From positions 146,445,896-146,509,895 of the forward strand of contig NC_068984.1 of the NCBI RefSeq assembly GCF_001194135.2: a stretch of DNA of 64,000 bases, given 5' to 3'. Origin of the DNA: Octopus bimaculoides. Its lineage: Eukaryota. The position numbers and the translations under genes are program-made. The notes below the pieces were generated by a model that saw nothing but the letters and a program-made list of their open reading frames with translations, was not told where the DNA came from and did no database searches. The first letter of the stretch is position 1. Every line of letters begins with the position of its first letter. Of the stretch, positions 60,361 to 64,000 are shown one piece after another.

Positions 60361-60477
60361 GGTGAAATTTATTCAAATTTCAAAAACGATAAACAAAAAT
60401 TGTAGAGAAAGAATAGAACAACAAAAAATAAAGCAAAATAAATAAAACCCACGCAGTAAATAGAAAAACAGACAAAC

Positions 60478-60535
<58 letters not shown>

Positions 60536-61844
60536 ACACGTCAGACAGATCGCTAGATAGATACATCGACAGACATACAACAAACAGAAACACAAAAGAT
60601 GGATAGAAGGATAGATAGATAAACAGACACTGGCGCGGACGGCCAAGTTTGTCCTTCGGATATTCTACACGAAAACGTCCGACAGTATCATGGAGTTTCA
60701 CAAACGTCATTGAATGCTGGAGGTCATTTTAGTGACATATGTAACATCCCAACACACACACACANNNNNNNNNNNNNNNNNNNNNNNNNNNNNNNNNNNN
60801 NNNNNNNNNNNNNNNNNNNNNNNNNNNNNNNNNNNNNNNNNNNNNNNNNNNNNNNNNNNNNNNNNNNNNNNNNNNNNNNNNNNNNNNNNNNNNNNNNNNN
60901 NNNNNNNNNNNNNNNNNNNNNNNNNNNNNNNNNNNNNNNNNNNNNNNNNNNNNNNNNNNNNNNNNNNNNNNNNNNNNNNNNNNNNNNNNNNNNNNNNNNN
61001 NNNNNNNNNNNNNNNNNNNNNNNNNNNNNNNNNNNNNNNNNNNNNNNNNNNNNNNNNNNNNNNNNNNNNNNNNNNNNNNNNNNNNNNNNNNNNNNNNNNN
61101 NNNNNNNNNNNNNNNNNNNNNNNNNNNNNNNNNNNNNNNNNNNNNNNNNNNNNNNNNNNNNNNNNNNNNNNNNNNNNNNNNNNNNNNNNNNNNNNNNNNN
61201 NNNNNNNNNNNNNNNNNNNNNNNNNNNNNNNNNNNNNNNNNNNNNNNNNNNNNNNNNNNNNNNNNNNNNNNNNNNNNNNNNNNNNNNNNNNNNNNNNNNN
61301 NNNNNNNNNNNNNNNNNNNNNNNNNNNNNNNNNNNNNNNNNNNNNNNNNNNNNNNNNNNNNNNNNNNNNNNNNNNNNNNNNNNNNNNNNNNNNNNNNNNA
61401 TATATATATGTATATGTATATACATACATATGTATATACATTTATATGTATTCATATACGGAGAGAAAGAGAGAGAGGGGTAGAGAGAGAGGTGGGTGGG
61501 AGGAAGAGAGAGATTAGAGTGAAAGAGAGAAGCAAGACAGCTCGGCTGACGTAAGAGAGTGTGGATGAGTCAATCGAGTGAGACGGAATGAAATGTGAAG
61601 CCCGAAGGAAATCTGGTCGTAAGAACAGAAGAACACCAAATGGGAGTGGAGCATTCCAGAGCGAGGGCTCATAGCCACGTGCTGTGGAGACAGCACACGC
61701 CCCATCACACCACACCTCACACACACTTACAACGTCGTCGTCGTCGTTTTTGGCATCATCATCAACCATCATCACCACCACCACCGTCATCATCATCATC
61801 ATCATCATCCCAAACCACCGCCTCCACCACCACCACCATCACAG

Positions 61845-61893
<49 letters not shown>

Positions 61894-63814
61894 NNNNNNN
61901 NNNNNNNNNNNNNNNNNNNNNNNNNNNNNNNNNNNNNNNNNNNNNNNNNNNNNNNNNNNNNNNNNNNNNNNNNNNNNNNNNNNNNNNNNNNNNNNNNNNN
62001 NNNNNNNNNNNNNNNNNNNNNNNNNNNNNNNNNNNNNNNNNNNNNNNNNNNNNNNNNNCCACCACCACCACCACCACCACAACAACAACAACAACAGCAG
62101 CCGACTTGGAGGAAGAATTCTTTTGGAAAACAACGTGTGGGCAAACATGTTAAGGAGGCCCCATTTTTGACATATTCCTAAAACAGTCGATACTAAAATA
62201 TTCAGAAACGTAGGTGTTTAAAAAAGGGTTCATTTTGAATATCACTTAATCTGCGTCCCGCACCCCCCCCCGTCTACTTCCTTTCTCTCTAAAAACCTTC
62301 TTTCCTTCTCTCTTTTCCTCATCCTCGTTTCGTCTGTCATTTGGAGTCTTTGCTGTTCTGTTTTGTTGTAGAAAGAGGATCGGAGGGTTTGTATACGAGC
62401 ATATCTGTACAAAGGTTCCTACCGACGCACCCATGGCCGAATGATCTTAGGCAAGCGGATGCATATTTATGCATCTCTGTCTGTCTGTCTGTCTGTCTTT
62501 CTCTCTCTTCCCCTTGGGGGCGGTGGAAAGCTCCAGGGGGCGTTGAAGAAAAGCGAGGCGATAATGCGGTGGCCAAAAAGGGGCGATGGATGGAGAAACA
62601 ACAAAATGGCCACACACTGTGTTGCTTCTCTTTGTTCATTTTTCTCCTTATTAATCTGGTGTTCAAAACAGAAACTAGCAGGAAATGTTGATAGAATTTT
62701 AGACATCTTTAAATTAGAAAGTCTGTAACATAGAACCAAAAATGGTTTCAGGCGAGTTGGACGAAAACGAGTTAAAGCAATGTTTGCTAATGTTGAAGTC
62801 CTGTTGTTACATTGCTTAGAGGGACCAGTGGTTCATAAGCCGCAACACCTATTTTTTTAAGCAATATGAACTGGTCCAACATCAACAGAAACGATAAAGC
62901 GCGGTTAATGCTTATTATTAAAATTTGCGGGTGTGGTGAATTCTGCTGGAGATTGTAAAGACATTCAGTAGAGTTCCTGCTTTTGACCTTCTCACGAGAC
63001 ATTTGATACTGAGTCTTTGAGAAGCGTTCTAAAAGATTGAAGATTCACTATGGCGACGGATGATGGACCACACCAACATACGCCAGTCTCTTCTTCAAAA
63101 TATAATTCCAGCTTGCTCTGTTTTTTTTTTTAATCGTCTTTCGATTATTTCAGTCATTGCATTGCGGCCATGCTGGGGCACCGCCTTGAAGGGTTTTAGT
63201 CGAACAAATCGACCCTAGTACATATTTTTCTTTTGTGCCTGGTATTTATTCTATCGATCTTTCTTGTCGAACCTCTAAGTAAAGGGGACGTAAACAAACC
63301 AATACTAGGTGGTAGTAGTAGAAAGAAAGACCCCCCTACGTGCGCACGCATGCACATAATACATACATTCCCCAAATTTTCCATTTGAGATTCTTATGTG
63401 AATAGATGCACACACTTGGGTGTATGTATCAATGGTTCAATCTCTACACCAACTCAGCCACATATTTACAAACAGCGAGAATTTTCTTAACTCAAAAACT
63501 CTTGTTGTTCTGGTAGCAACCGGTTTGAACTCCCCCAAGAAGAACTTAAATTAAACTCAAAGAAAAATCATTCATTCATATATATNNNNNNNNNNNNNNN
63601 NNNNNNNNNNNNNNNNNNNNNNNNNNNNNNNNNNNNNNNNNNNNNNNNNNNNNNNNNNNNNNNNNNNNNNNNNNNNNNNNNNNNNNNNNNNNNNNNNNNN
63701 NNNNNNNNNNNNNNNNNNNNNNNNNNNNNNNNNNNNNNNNNNNNNNNNNNNNNNNNNNNNNNNNNNNNNNNNNNNNNNNNNNNNNNNNNNNNNNNNNNNN
63801 NNNNNNNNNNNNNN

Positions 63815-63845
<31 letters not shown>

Positions 63846-64000
63846 CTTATAGACATATGTCTATATAAATAGGACGGCCTTCGAAACAGTTTCTGTCTAC
63901 CAAGCTTACGTTGGTCGGCTCGGGGCTCCATTCGGAGACACTTGTACTTAATTAAATTCATATTTGTACCTTCGAAAGAGAAAACATATCTTATTAGGCA

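Noticed and set aside
60707-62181. Long ORFs rich in X, H, T, I, Y or D (also near 3011-3429, 37045-37359, 52246-52849, 55295-55674)
   Set aside because: They are artefacts of N gaps and di-/trinucleotide microsatellites.

Overview
AT-rich, microsatellite- and gap-rich eukaryotic genomic DNA. The SINE families and repeat landscape resemble an octopus (coleoid cephalopod) genome; this species call is inference. Genes, built by hand from GT-AG sites and reading-frame phase: (1) DRC1/CCDC164 (nexin-dynein regulatory complex) on the minus strand, 10 coding exons, with its 3' end beyond the window start. (2) RPL11 on the plus strand, complete (6 coding exons, 180 aa), head-to-head with DRC1 and preceded by a TCT initiator; an RFX X-box sits just upstream of the DRC1 ATG. 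(3) An unidentified minus-strand gene built around one giant ~9.2 kb in-frame exon, giving >3,290 aa of mostly disordered sequence with RVxF and SxIP motifs. (4) A small putative 81-aa gene whose ATG lies inside a second X-box. RPL11 intron 4 holds three paralogous H/ACA snoRNA candidates. Several repeats carry minimal type I hammerhead ribozyme motifs: a full-consensus one inside a 470-bp partial tandem unit (retrozyme/Penelope-like) and one at the tail of a tRNA-headed SINE-like element. Also present are a 215-bp Mutator-like foldback element with a 9-bp TSD and telomeric/G-quadruplex repeats, mariner, pogo/Tigger, piggyBac and LINE relics, and many tRNA-derived SINEs. No CRISPR array or genuine tRNA/rRNA gene was found.
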